A stretch of 64,000 nucleotides of DNA from Girardia tigrina (lineage: Eukaryota), in NCBI GenBank assembly GCA_001938485.1, contig MQRK01173466.1, positions 33,156 through 97,155 of the forward strand, given 5' to 3'. Both the position numbers and the translations under genes were made by a program. Positions within the stretch are counted from its first letter, which is position 1. Every line of letters starts with the position of its first letter. The notes beneath the pieces were generated by a model. That model worked only from the letters and a program-made list of their open reading frames with translations. It was not told the DNA's origin and did not search any database. Positions 1 through 11,000 of the stretch are shown piece after piece.

Positions 1-306
1 AATTCCCAATTAATAACAAATTATTTCATTTTATTACTAAAATTCCTAATTCATTTCAAATTATTTCATTTTATTCCTAAAATTCCTAATTAATAACAAA
101 TTATTTCATTTATTCCTAACATTCCTAATTTCTGGCGTTGAAATGTCCCAGCGTCGAAACGGCGGCGTTTTTGTCATGCGGCGTTTTTGTCATGCGGTGT
201 TTTTGTCACGCGGTGTTTTTGTCCGCGGCGTTTTTGTCATGCGGCGTTTTTGTTCGCGGCGTTTAGTCCGCGGCGTTTTTGTTTGCGGCGTTTTGACGAG
301 ATACCC
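1..306. mobile_element. Right end of a foldback/MULE-like DNA transposon: ~40-bp AT-rich tandem repeats (1-130), then ~9 copies of a ~15-bp unit (CGCGGCGTTTTTGTC), ending ...TTTGACGAGATACCC
   Basis: Tandem units are directly visible. The reverse-complement terminus GGGTATCTCGTCAAAACGCCGC followed by internal repeats resembles Mutator/foldback TIRs. Degenerate inverted copies of the unit occur at ~15550-15630. Confidence 0.5.
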
Positions 307-444
307 CAGAAATCAGGGTTTCGGCTATTATGCACATAAAACAAAATGAAAACGAGGAAGTGACAATGATTTTGAAGGTTTCTAATTATTTTTAACAACA
401 CTAAGTTAAATTATAAACAGTAATCGGTGATGAATAATCGGTGA

Positions 445-1025
445 TTACTTCAAGTCACATTTTGTAGAACTTCGTGGCACACCCGAGAATTACAGACCAG
501 AATACACATTGGCCATATAGTGTGCACACCCATGACGAGCAAATCAAAAGATAATAATAAACTGCTTGTGGTGGGTGATGACATCGAATTGTTACCACAT
601 TGCAACAATATCATGACCGTTTGTGGAGTCACTGTGAGGGTCTGTCGTTGTGTCGGCAAACTCTCCCTGGCAACGCGCAATATTGATGGGTGGCGGTTGA
701 TTGAGATGAGCAAATTGAGATGCGCCCGCCCGGTCGGTAACGCGGTTTCCTGTAACACAAAGGAACAAGAGGCTCTGTGAAAATGTGTCATCACCCGTAT
801 GTGATTGCGTTCGCAATATGAATTCCGGGCCGCCATCTTGCCCTGCCGGATCAACATTCATCATCATGTCGATGGGTCCTGAGTAACTGGACCGCATGTT
901 GGTCGTCGTATTACTGATGTGATAACTTGTCGATGTATCAGCGTTAAATAAAAATACGCAAGACGGCAAAGATAATAAATTTATTTTTAACATCACACTC
1001 AGCAATTTTTGTTGTTCTTTGTCAT
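445..1025 (-). pseudogene. Unidentified GC-rich coding-like relic (..MRSSYSGPIDMMMNVDPAGQDGGPEFILRTQSHTGDDTF..), stops in 3' part
   Basis: Sharp GC/CpG rise over background; 137-aa ORF 592-1005; a minus-strand TATA box lies upstream at 1473-1480. No family recognised. Confidence 0.3.
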
Positions 1026-1472
1026 TTTTTTAAACGATCACTTTCTTTTTATTATTATTTGCTTTATTTAAACAAAGTTTTTGTTTGCCGTTTTTCTTTG
1101 ATTATTTCATTAATAAAATAAATGTTTTTTTTAATTCACTTATTTCTATTCATCTTACATTGGAGCAATAATTAATTGTTTTTGATAATAATTTTTTTTA
1201 ATTGTTGATTGATTAGTGTGATGTATTTGTTTAAATCGGTTGTTTGTCGATGCAGATTTTATTTCAAATATAACTTGTGCGCTGTTCATTGTGTTGTTGC
1301 TACAATTAGTTAATGAGAAAAATTGATCGATTTCAGTGAGAAATGAAATGAAGTGTGAACTGTTGTTGCTTGAATTATAATACTTGAAATTGGAAATTGT
1401 AAAAAAATGATTGTGAATAATTTAAAAATTTGAATTTGTGAATAGTGAGAAAAAATGCTTTAATGATGAGAT

Positions 1473-1613
1473 TATTTATAATGATGTTACGAAAAATGAC
1501 AACAGAGTTGAATTGATTTAAAATGTTGCACTCTGCAGGGTGTGATTTGTTAGGGGGAAAAACCTGGTCACTACATAGCTATAAATACGACAATCATTGC
1601 AGACATTTTCAGT
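1473..1613. promoter_or_regulatory. Back-to-back Pol II core promoters: TATAAATA on minus (1473-1480) and plus (1580-1587), plus-strand initiator TCAGT at 1609-1613
   Basis: The plus TATA starts 31 nt before the A of TCAGT, which is canonical spacing. An identical TATAAATA faces the other way about 100 bp away. Confidence 0.45.
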
Positions 1614-4158
1614 AAGTATATTCTGAATATTTTGCAGAACATTGAAAACCAATTCACGAAGAAAAACAAAAATCGAGAACAGATTAGAACAGAACTAATT
1701 CGAAGCAAAACTGAAAAAATTTGACGAACAGAACCAGAACACATAATCCTAAAAAGACCACGATTAATTTAAAAGGAAAAGAAATAAAATAAAACCCGAT
1801 AGCGACAGTCAATCAAAATGAATTCCGAAGAAGTATCGCAAGAAATTGAACGATTATATCGAAATAGTGTACCAGAACTTTCCTCCGTAACCAAAATTTT
1901 CAAGTGTAAATTTTATTTATTCGCGTTTAATAAATGAATTTAATAATTAACTGTTTTTCTCGTTTTGAATAAATTGATATTGATATAGATTCGTAAAGTA
2001 ATTGATCTACTTACTTAATCCCTAGACGTGTCGTCGTAGTCGTTGTCCCGTTCACTACCATGCAGTTTCCCTAGATAAACAATAAAGAGAGAACAATCCT
2101 GGCGTCGCAGATACAGTCATTGATTATCGAAATAGTAATCGAGATTAATATAACAGAGGGAGCAATAATGAAATTTTCCGTGGAAATTTCCCGAGTAAAT
2201 ATTAAGCGATATTTAACTATGCATGGCTATGATACAGAATTTCATGTGCCGCAATTACCGATATGGCTTCATCATAATAACGTGAATTCCGTTCGATTTA
2301 AATTCCTTCAGATCGATAATGAGAAATTCCTTGTGCAAATAAATAAATTAGAATTAGTTGAATTATTGTTACTAACTTTTCCCAGTCAATCGGAGTGTTG
2401 ATGAATAATGGACAATTGTAAATAAGAGAAATTTGATTTGAAATATGATAAGAAATATATGAAGCGATAAAGTAGTCACGAGCGAAGGGAATATCTTGCG
2501 TATAGCTATCCAAGTACGATAATTTCTGTAGAATTAGATGACAAGTGATGAGTTCAGTACTGAGCTAATTATATGTTAAAAGAATGATTTGATTATTAAA
2601 CATATCTATATGAATCAAATACTGACCATCTTACAAATTAAATGAATGGTAAATTTGTGGTAATAATTTATGATAATTGTTAAACTAAATTCATAAATAA
2701 TAATAGTCGTTGCAGATAATAAATCATAAATTAAGGAAATGCTAAATTAGCAAATAATGATCGTTGTAGATCAAAAATTAATAAACTTATAATCTTCTAG
2801 ACAGAACTGTTGTCTATTACAACTGAAGCTGATATACCGAAATACAATGTTGACAATGCCACAAGTTACACCAGCATCAAAGAGGCACATACCGACAGGA
2901 CACACAAATCATACATATATGATCGGTTAATAACATCTTACTCAGCCCTGAGCGGCGCTGAACTAGTCGAGGGATCCACAGTCCGTCCTGATTTAAAATG
3001 AACCTGAAGGCCCTCCAAACCTGGCACTACTCGTTAGATGTCAGGTGAGGGAGAGGCGTCCAACCAACTCATAACTAAATATGTAAAATTCGACGCAAGG
3101 TATATCGGGTTGTGGTTGACCCTTAATAACCACTGGGGGCTCTGGTGCTTACAAAAATTTTAATACTCGAAGGGTCGCGACAAATATCTATCGTTATAAA
3201 AATTTATATAATTAATAATTTTTTAACTTGTTTTAATGAAAAAACAAATGGGAGAATAACAGAGGAATCCAACTAGTAAAAGTAGCATATTCCCAATATA
3301 ACTTAAATAAATGAAGATGAATGTTTATTATTCGGTAACATGACTTAAGAACGTTTCGATTTATTGTTTTTGTAAAACGGATAGAGTAATTCGATATTCG
3401 CTTTGTTTATTTTTTATGAAAATACAAAGTTACTTCCGCATACACATTTTATTCTCCTTTTGACCAGTGTCTATAACTGTTTATTTAGACATGCTTAGAC
3501 AAGGGCACGTTTTAAAATTTTCTAAACGTTTAAACGGTCTTCGTTTAGCAAATTAAACGTTTAAAAAATGTTTTAACGATCTATAATTTCATTGATAGAC
3601 GTGGGCACTTTTATAATTTTGTAAACTTTTAAACGGTCTTCGTTTAGAAAATTAAACGTTTCTTTATTAAAACATTATGTATCATATACTTCTTTCCAAC
3701 AATCTAATTCGCAAACTGAGATAGGGGTATCTTCCAACACTCAATCATTACACATACACAATCACATACACCAACATTTTTTACTTTTTAATGAAGGAAA
3801 CTGATCACCTCTCCTTGTGATCATGCATCCTCGTTTTCCTGGTCTTTGTTATATGCCTGTCTATAATCTGTAAACATTCCTTGCCTAGAGTTTCTTTCAT
3901 TTGGTCTTGTTTCGTATTTTTTGATTGCTGATGAAGTCATGAAGATCTTCACCATCCATCTGTTATTCAAATTCAAAGAAGACAAATGCATTGGTTGGAA
4001 AATGTCGAAAGAAAGAATCACAATCCTAATATGTAGCAACATGACCGACAATAATTTGTTGTTAACTGCAAGTCACTGTACATTAAATTTTTTTATTCGG
4101 TATTATTCACGTAATAATTTAATTGTTTGCTGTTGTATGAAGTGGTGATACACTAATG

Positions 4159-4340
4159 CAGTTGTTTCCAACCTGTGAAGCGCGCCCCAAGGGGGCACGA
4201 GACTGTTGCAAGGGGGGTATGCAGCTGTTTCCAAAATATCATTTTCGAATACAATCAAAAAAATCGAATAGGTGTCACAAAAAATGAATCAATAATTTTT
4301 TTAAAAGGGGGCGCCGGTACAAAAAGGTTGGAAACCACTG
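4159..4340. mobile_element. hAT (Charlie-like) MITE
   Basis: TIR CAGTTGTTTCCAACCT / AGGTTGGAAACCACTG; 8-bp TSD CACTAATG / CACTAATT. Confidence 0.85.
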
Positions 4341-6061
4341 CACTAATTTATATTACAACAAATTGAATAATAAATTTGAAATTTCGTCAAATGAGGGTGG
4401 TTAAATATAATAAAATTGATATTTTATGTCGCTAACAGATTCTGGGGTTAATGATCAAAAAATTATATTTAAAATAAATATTTTTAAAAAAAAATATCTA
4501 CGCATGTGTACTTTATGAGATGGTAATTTAACACGAATAAAAAATCGATTTTTTTAAAGATTTTGTTTATTGTGATTATATTCCTCAATAATCTGGAGCT
4601 TATATATTTTTTATTTTGAATTGGTAAATGTATTGATAAATTAGTATTTAAATACATTGTTAAATGAATAAGTTTGCAAAATTTCATTTCACAGGCTATA
4701 AAAATTGCGGCAAATAATTACTGTATAACAGACCAAATGAGCTAAGATACATAAAACGCGGTAAATAAATATTTGTTATTTGAAAATTTAAGATAAATAA
4801 TTTACTGGAATTGATATTTTGTCTAAATATGTCAATATAATATGTCAATACATATAATAAAAGACAAAGTCTGTTTGCATGTATGCCCGTAACGCTCAAT
4901 GCCTACTATGATTAAAATGCGAAATGGGAGAGGAAACGGAGTTAAATAGCTACAAATTAATCTAGTACAATCAAATTTAGAATTATAAGAAAACAGTACT
5001 TACCATTCTTAAAATTAAAGAAATTGATCACAAAAGAAAAAAATATTATATAAAATTATTGACATGAATATTTTGATTAAATTTCACAAAATTCAGTTTA
5101 GAATAAAATAACAGTGCACCAGTGAAATCTGTAGAGTTTCTAAACCTTTTTCACATAAAATTAATTGGACATAGAAAAAACAAGAACGGGATCCAAAAAA
5201 TCTATGTTTATTGATAGTTATGTTTTTGTGGTTCCTAAATTTCTGCTTACAAGGGAAGGTCCCAAAGTGCAGCACGCAAATCGGACCATAACTATTTTTA
5301 AGTTACTTATTGGTCCAATAGAAATAATCGGTATGGTAAACTTCAGTATTTAGGCTTTGTTTGTAATGAAAAAAATATTACATTGTTAAATTTTATGTTT
5401 TATCATGGTAACAATTGAGAGTGTAGTATCTTTGAACCCCTTAGAAATAAACTAGATATCATTAAAAATGTTTAAATAGTTCTCGGTTGCTCCAGTATAA
5501 AATAGATCTAGCCCCGGGTCCATAAAAGCATTTGATAAAAAGTATGAATTGATGCTATTCTAACTTCATGAAATTCGGTGTACATGACGATAGAACTGTT
5601 ATAATAAGATTTGTTTTAACTTAAGTTTTTTTCGAGAAGTACCTGGTAGCTCCAAAAAGTTCTTTGACAGAATTGGAAAAGAAATATACAGTTCATGGCA
5701 CATGGTTAGAAGTATTATTTAGACTTCGTGAAATTAGTAAAGTACATTTTAAACAAAAATTCCAAGGAAAAAGGAGAAATAATCCTTTTTTCGAGATCCG
5801 TAAAATCAAAATTCTACTAAATTTTAAATCCGTCTTATTTATTAAGTTAGTCTGATATTTTAATGTGATTTTCTATTTAAATAGTAAATGGTTCATAAAC
5901 TAAATATTTCATAATAATCATGTACTTAAAATAATAAAAATTTTAAACTTTTTCTGGTTAAAAAACGGAAGCGTGTATCTAAAGCCATGGAAGAAAATCA
6001 GTAGGTTCTGTATTGTCTATTTATGATTTCTACCCAATACAGAGTCTATGGCTCACTACCA

Positions 6062-7405
6062 TGTACGCCAATGCTGGTACTGTAGTCACTGTGATAGTCA
6101 GTTATCCGTCCAGTTGGGGGAGACTTCGAAACTATCATATACTTCAATAAAATAGTTCATAATTATTTATAAATTTTATCATTATTTAATTTATATCATA
6201 ATTAATTAGGGTAAACTATATTTATATAAAATCTTAAGATATCGAACAAGTCTTAGATGCTATTAAAGTTTTTCTGGGCATCGATTAAGATAATGTAGAT
6301 GGTTATAGCCTGTTAGACATCTACTTGAAATTTAGAATTTGAAATTCAGTCTTAGAAAAAGGTAGGCGGGATTATCCATGATTAGTTCATTTTTTAATAA
6401 ATGTTACCACAATCAATAAAAATCAATATCTCCTATTTATGCACAATTGTCATCTCGAATTATAACAAAAAGCACTAAAAGATGCCCTTCAGTTACATTG
6501 AGATTTTTATTTTAGGCCGTCCTCATGATTGGATAAACGTATTCTCCCTTTGATAGTAATAATAATAACAATAATAAATAGTTGACACACACACGGTTTG
6601 ACGACCGTCATACCAAATTTTAAGTGTCTCTCAAACTGCCATTCAAATCTCTAAAATGATAAAATTAAAGCATTTAAACAAATGATAAATATTTGTATTA
6701 AACAAATTGTATAAAAATAAACAATTTTCGATATAATAATTATAATATATTATAAATAATTGATGATATATCTATAAAAAATGTTATTTAAATTTATCAA
6801 TCGATTATTTAATCGAAATATATTTATTTTAAATAATTATCATTTATTTTTTTAGTTGGTAAAAATTTTTCGTTTAGTATTGAAAGAAAATTATATTTTT
6901 TTGTCATTTTCTCAAAATTTATAATATTTACGATTAATTAATTAATAACTTATTGCATAGAAATAGATGTAAATTTATTTTCATATATCATTTAATAAAT
7001 TCAGATCAATGCATTTTAATCATTCTGTTTTACACATTTGTTCTTGTTTTTTTGAATATAATGCTATTTTTTGAAAACATGTTAAGTCTTATTTCTTTAG
7101 ACATCCGGAGCAATTTAACTCTCCTATAAGTTTGATAGTATAACAATGAAATTGTAATTTGTTCTTACATGAAATGAATTCTTAAACTTTTTATAAATCA
7201 AAATATGGAAAAACTTATCAATTCATTTTATTATAAATGATTATGGTGATAGTGAGCAAACATATGAAGATGTGGAACTGTGCATTCGACAAAATTTTGA
7301 TGACATGGTTTCTGACGGAATCGTATAACCTTGATGTAACAAGCCTTCGCCGACTGAACGGATAACTGAGTATCGTAGAGACTACAGTACCAGCATAGGC
7401 ATACA
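6062..7405. mobile_element. Unclassified non-autonomous TIR element (~60-bp TIRs)
   Basis: TGTACGCCAATGCTGGTACTGTAGTCACTGTGATAGTCAGTTATCCG at 6062 is mirrored by CGGATAACTGAGTATCGTAGAGACTACAGTACCAGCATAGGCATACA ending at 7405. Exact termini and TSD are unclear. Confidence 0.65.
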
Positions 7406-7973
7406 GAGTAACAGACTAAATCTCTTGACTTGTAATTCTAATTATTGAAAATTCAAAATACGAACTTAAGAAATATACGGCCGTTTATAAATCGCTAAAC
7501 GTTTAAACGTCTTAAAAATCGAAAACGTTTCAACGCGAAATTTGCCCACCTCTAGTCCCACGAAAAAGCTAAACAGATTGGAACAATGTGTTCTTTACCA
7601 ATGAATAGGCCTAAGGCAGCCTGATTAAAGTTTCAAAAACAGTATAACTCATGTTGTGAGTTTTGAAATACAAACTTAATAATCATACGCTCGTTTAGAA
7701 ATCGCTAAACGTTTAAACGTCCTAAAAAACGAAAACATTTAAACGGTCGTTTAAACGCTAAACGTGCCCACCTCTATACATGCTTATTTAATATATAAGC
7801 TATTTTCGGACAATAAAATACAATTTAATTTCAATTCATCGAGTTTCATCTTGAACGAAATAGGTAAAACAAAATACTTAACTTTATTTAACAAATATAA
7901 GTAACACTCGTAATTGTATAAAAAGAAATTAAAAATGTATTAATTTGTGAGTAGTTAGAAATAAATTTTGTAG

Positions 7974-8051
7974 TTAATCTTCGTCTGATTCTTCCGATTC
8001 TGAATTATTATCCCACGCTGGTCGTAACTCGGCTATCATAGCTCGTATGTC
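7974..8051 (-). CDS. WASF: WAVE exon 6 (C and acidic region, stop)
   Basis: TATAG acceptor; DIRAMIAELRPAWDNNSESEESDED*; minus-strand AATAAA at 7883-7888. Confidence 0.82.
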   Translation of the reverse strand, partial: DIRAMIAELRPAWDNNSESEESDED

Positions 8052-11000
8052 CTATAATTAGATTAATAAATATTTATTATTTTTCAAAATATTATTTAAT
8101 ATAATTGAGAAGTAATTAAAATGATATTCTAGGGTGCGGCCTGTACGGGCATCGGCCATGGTGATACAGGCAACGGGCTCGGATTTCATTAGTTGACAAT
8201 GTATATTGTATTGTATACAATAAATTTTATATAATATATTAATAAATCAATAAAAACAAATAAAAGAAAAACAATGAGCGGCACATTTCAAGAGTAGAAC
8301 CGAAGGCCTTTTAGAAGAAACTAAATTAGTAGCAGAAATCATATTTTTTCATTATTGATTATTCACGAAATTACAACAATCTCGTAATTGCCCAAAAAAA
8401 AGTTTGTAAAATAAAATCGAAGCTAGTAAGAAAAACAGGTGCATTTGGATTAAAAGATGCTTTTCATGGGAAACAAAATTTTTCTATTCATTAGTGGCCA
8501 ACAACTTCCTTTTTCCACGTCGGTTTTCAAACAATTCCTTTTTCAGATTTGTGGCAATTTTTTTATTTCACTTCGAACAACATCACGCGAAATTTTAGGG
8601 ACGTTTAATCCTTCAACTATGATAGGATCATCAAAAAATTGTAAAGGCAAAACATATTTGGAACAGAATAAAGTTAAGACAGCTTTGGAGGTATCTAATA
8701 ATGAGAAAAACGATTCTTTTTCATTATTTGAAAAGTTAAAATTGAAAGTTTCATTTTTTAATGGTAAAAAACACAATAATTTACAAAAATCAAATATTTA
8801 TTTTATTATGGGGTTATTATTAACGACATTTTAAAAAGTTTGGTTAAAAATAAATAGTAAAAAACAAAATAATTGATAAAAATCAAATATTAATTTATTA
8901 GAATTTTTAAATTAACTATTTAGTCAGATATTTAGTAAGGTTCATGCCCGTACGGGCACTGGACTTAAAATACGGGCAAATTGTTACGGGCAACGGGCTT
9001 CGTGTGGAAGATTTTTATTCAGATAACAATCTTAATCGATAATAAAAAATTTAAATAAATTTGTCGATTCTCTTGTTCGACAAATATTTAACACATTGTG
9101 GATAATTCCGTGATGAGATATCTCGTTTTTCAATTGATTTGGTATCTGGCATAAAAGTTATCAGGTAGTATAAATCAATGCAGTCCAGAAGAACTACAAG
9201 CAACGAAAAACGAGGAATTTTCCAAAAGACGTTAAAAGATATGCAAAATTAATAAATGTCTTGACAGAGATGGGTTTGCAAAAGAAGAAGTTCCATTCAC
9301 TTAAAAAATGTTTTCCAAAATTAATTTTAGTTTTATAACTAATAACCCTCATTCCCTGTGTGGTATGTTTGTTTTAAATTGTAATTTGTTTTAATATTCA
9401 TTTTATGCGATTGTTTGTGTTTTGTTTATGTGTTGCTGTTGTGGAGTAGTTTGGTATTAATTATCTTGTTTTTCTTTTTAGATCGTTGTACTTATTTGTA
9501 TTTGTTTTGGAATAAATCATTTTCGATTACTTCACTCAACGATCATATAAATTATGCCAAAAGTCAAGGCTCCTCAACTATTGGAAACAACAGCCGAATC
9601 CTTTGACCAGTTTATTCAACAGTTTCAGTGTTATTTACGAGTTGAGGATGTGGATGACGACTCAAAGCTAGACTTACTTCTTCTTTGTATGGAACAGGAA
9701 GCTTCGAATCTCTATGATGAGCTGGAATGGCCCAAGATTTCTGATGCTGATGAGAACAAAAATATGACTTAATTCTCAAGGGCAGTGAATTTCTTCAGGA
9801 CGAAATTTGCAACTGACAAAAATATTCTATTGGAAAGAGTTCGCCTATACACTCACAAGCAGCAACATGGCCAAAGTCTCCGAGATTTTGTGAGCCAAAT
9901 CCGATCCATTGCAAAATATTGTGACTTCCCAACAGCGTTCGCTTTCGAAGCATTGCGGGATGCGTTTTGTTGAGGTCTTTATGATGATGAAACGCGTAAG
10001 GCTGTTTGTCGACAGTTTGCGGTTTCCCACAAAGAAAAAAAGTCTCCTACACTAGAGGAAGCAATTACAGCCGCTAAAGTGGAGTCCGCCAAAGTGTTAG
10101 CTTGTGGTTCAGACACAGGGAACAACAACAACCAAGAGAGTCATAAAATTGCAGGAGTGTCACAACCCAATTTTCAAATAAGTTTTGGATCATGTTACTG
10201 GTGTGGTTCCAAAACAAAGCACAGTAGACTAGATTGTCCGGCTAAAAACAAAGTATGCCATTTGTGCAAGGTCATGGGGCATTTCAAGAAAGTCTGCCGT
10301 AAAGCAAAAGTTGGAGTATCATCTACTGTCTTCGTAGGTGTCATAAATGAAGGAAGGAAGTCCAGATTCTATAACCGGAAGTTTTTGAAAGCGTCCATCA
10401 ATGGAAGGTCAATTAACTGGTTGATTGATAGTGGTAGTGAAGCGTCTATTGTTTCACAGACAACAGCACGAGTAGCAGGTATTGTGACTAACAAGGGCAC
10501 TAATCGGGCGGTCACGGTAGATGGATCTGTTCTGAGAATAGTGGGGGAGTCTCAAGTGGTGATCCAATTCCCAGAGAGAGCTGTAATAACAAAAATACTC
10601 ATTGCGAATCACCTCAGTGAAGAGGCAATCCTGAACACGTTGAACCAGTTCCAAGCAGTGGTGCTATCTTTGCCCGGTTCTCTTCCAGCTCTGAAAGTTG
10701 CGTCGGTGGCTCCAGCTGTTTTGGAAGACCTGGGTCAGATCTCAGATCGGTCATTTGTGCTACATATTCTGCCAGTGAGCTTGTTCACAGTACCTATTTC
10801 GGAAGAACCAGTGCGAGTTCCATCCAGATTTCGCTCCATCCAAGACGTGCAGTTTAGCCAAAAGGAATTCAGGTGCCTGGAATCAGAAGGCATCATTAAG
10901 AAATCCCATTCATTGTGGCGAGCTCAAGTGGTTGTTACCGAAAACACTTCGGGAAAGAAGCGGCTTTGCGTCGATTATTCAACAACCATCAACAAATTCA

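Larger units (their letters stand above)
3496..7776. mobile_element. Non-autonomous hAT-type element with nested insertions
   Basis: Left TAGACAAGGGCACGTTT, right AAACGTGCCCACCTCTA; many subterminal AAACGTTTAAAC motifs; 8-bp TSD GACATGCT (3488-3495)/TACATGCT (7777-7784). Confidence 0.7.

Noticed and set aside
143-349. 68-aa repetitive ORF; repeats superficially CRISPR-like
   Set aside because: Translation of 15-bp tandem repeats; no spacers; eukaryotic context.
520-780. LLVVGDDIELL resembling RdRp motif C (GDD)
   Set aside because: No motif A or B nearby; the frame is the exact antisense register of the minus-strand ORF.
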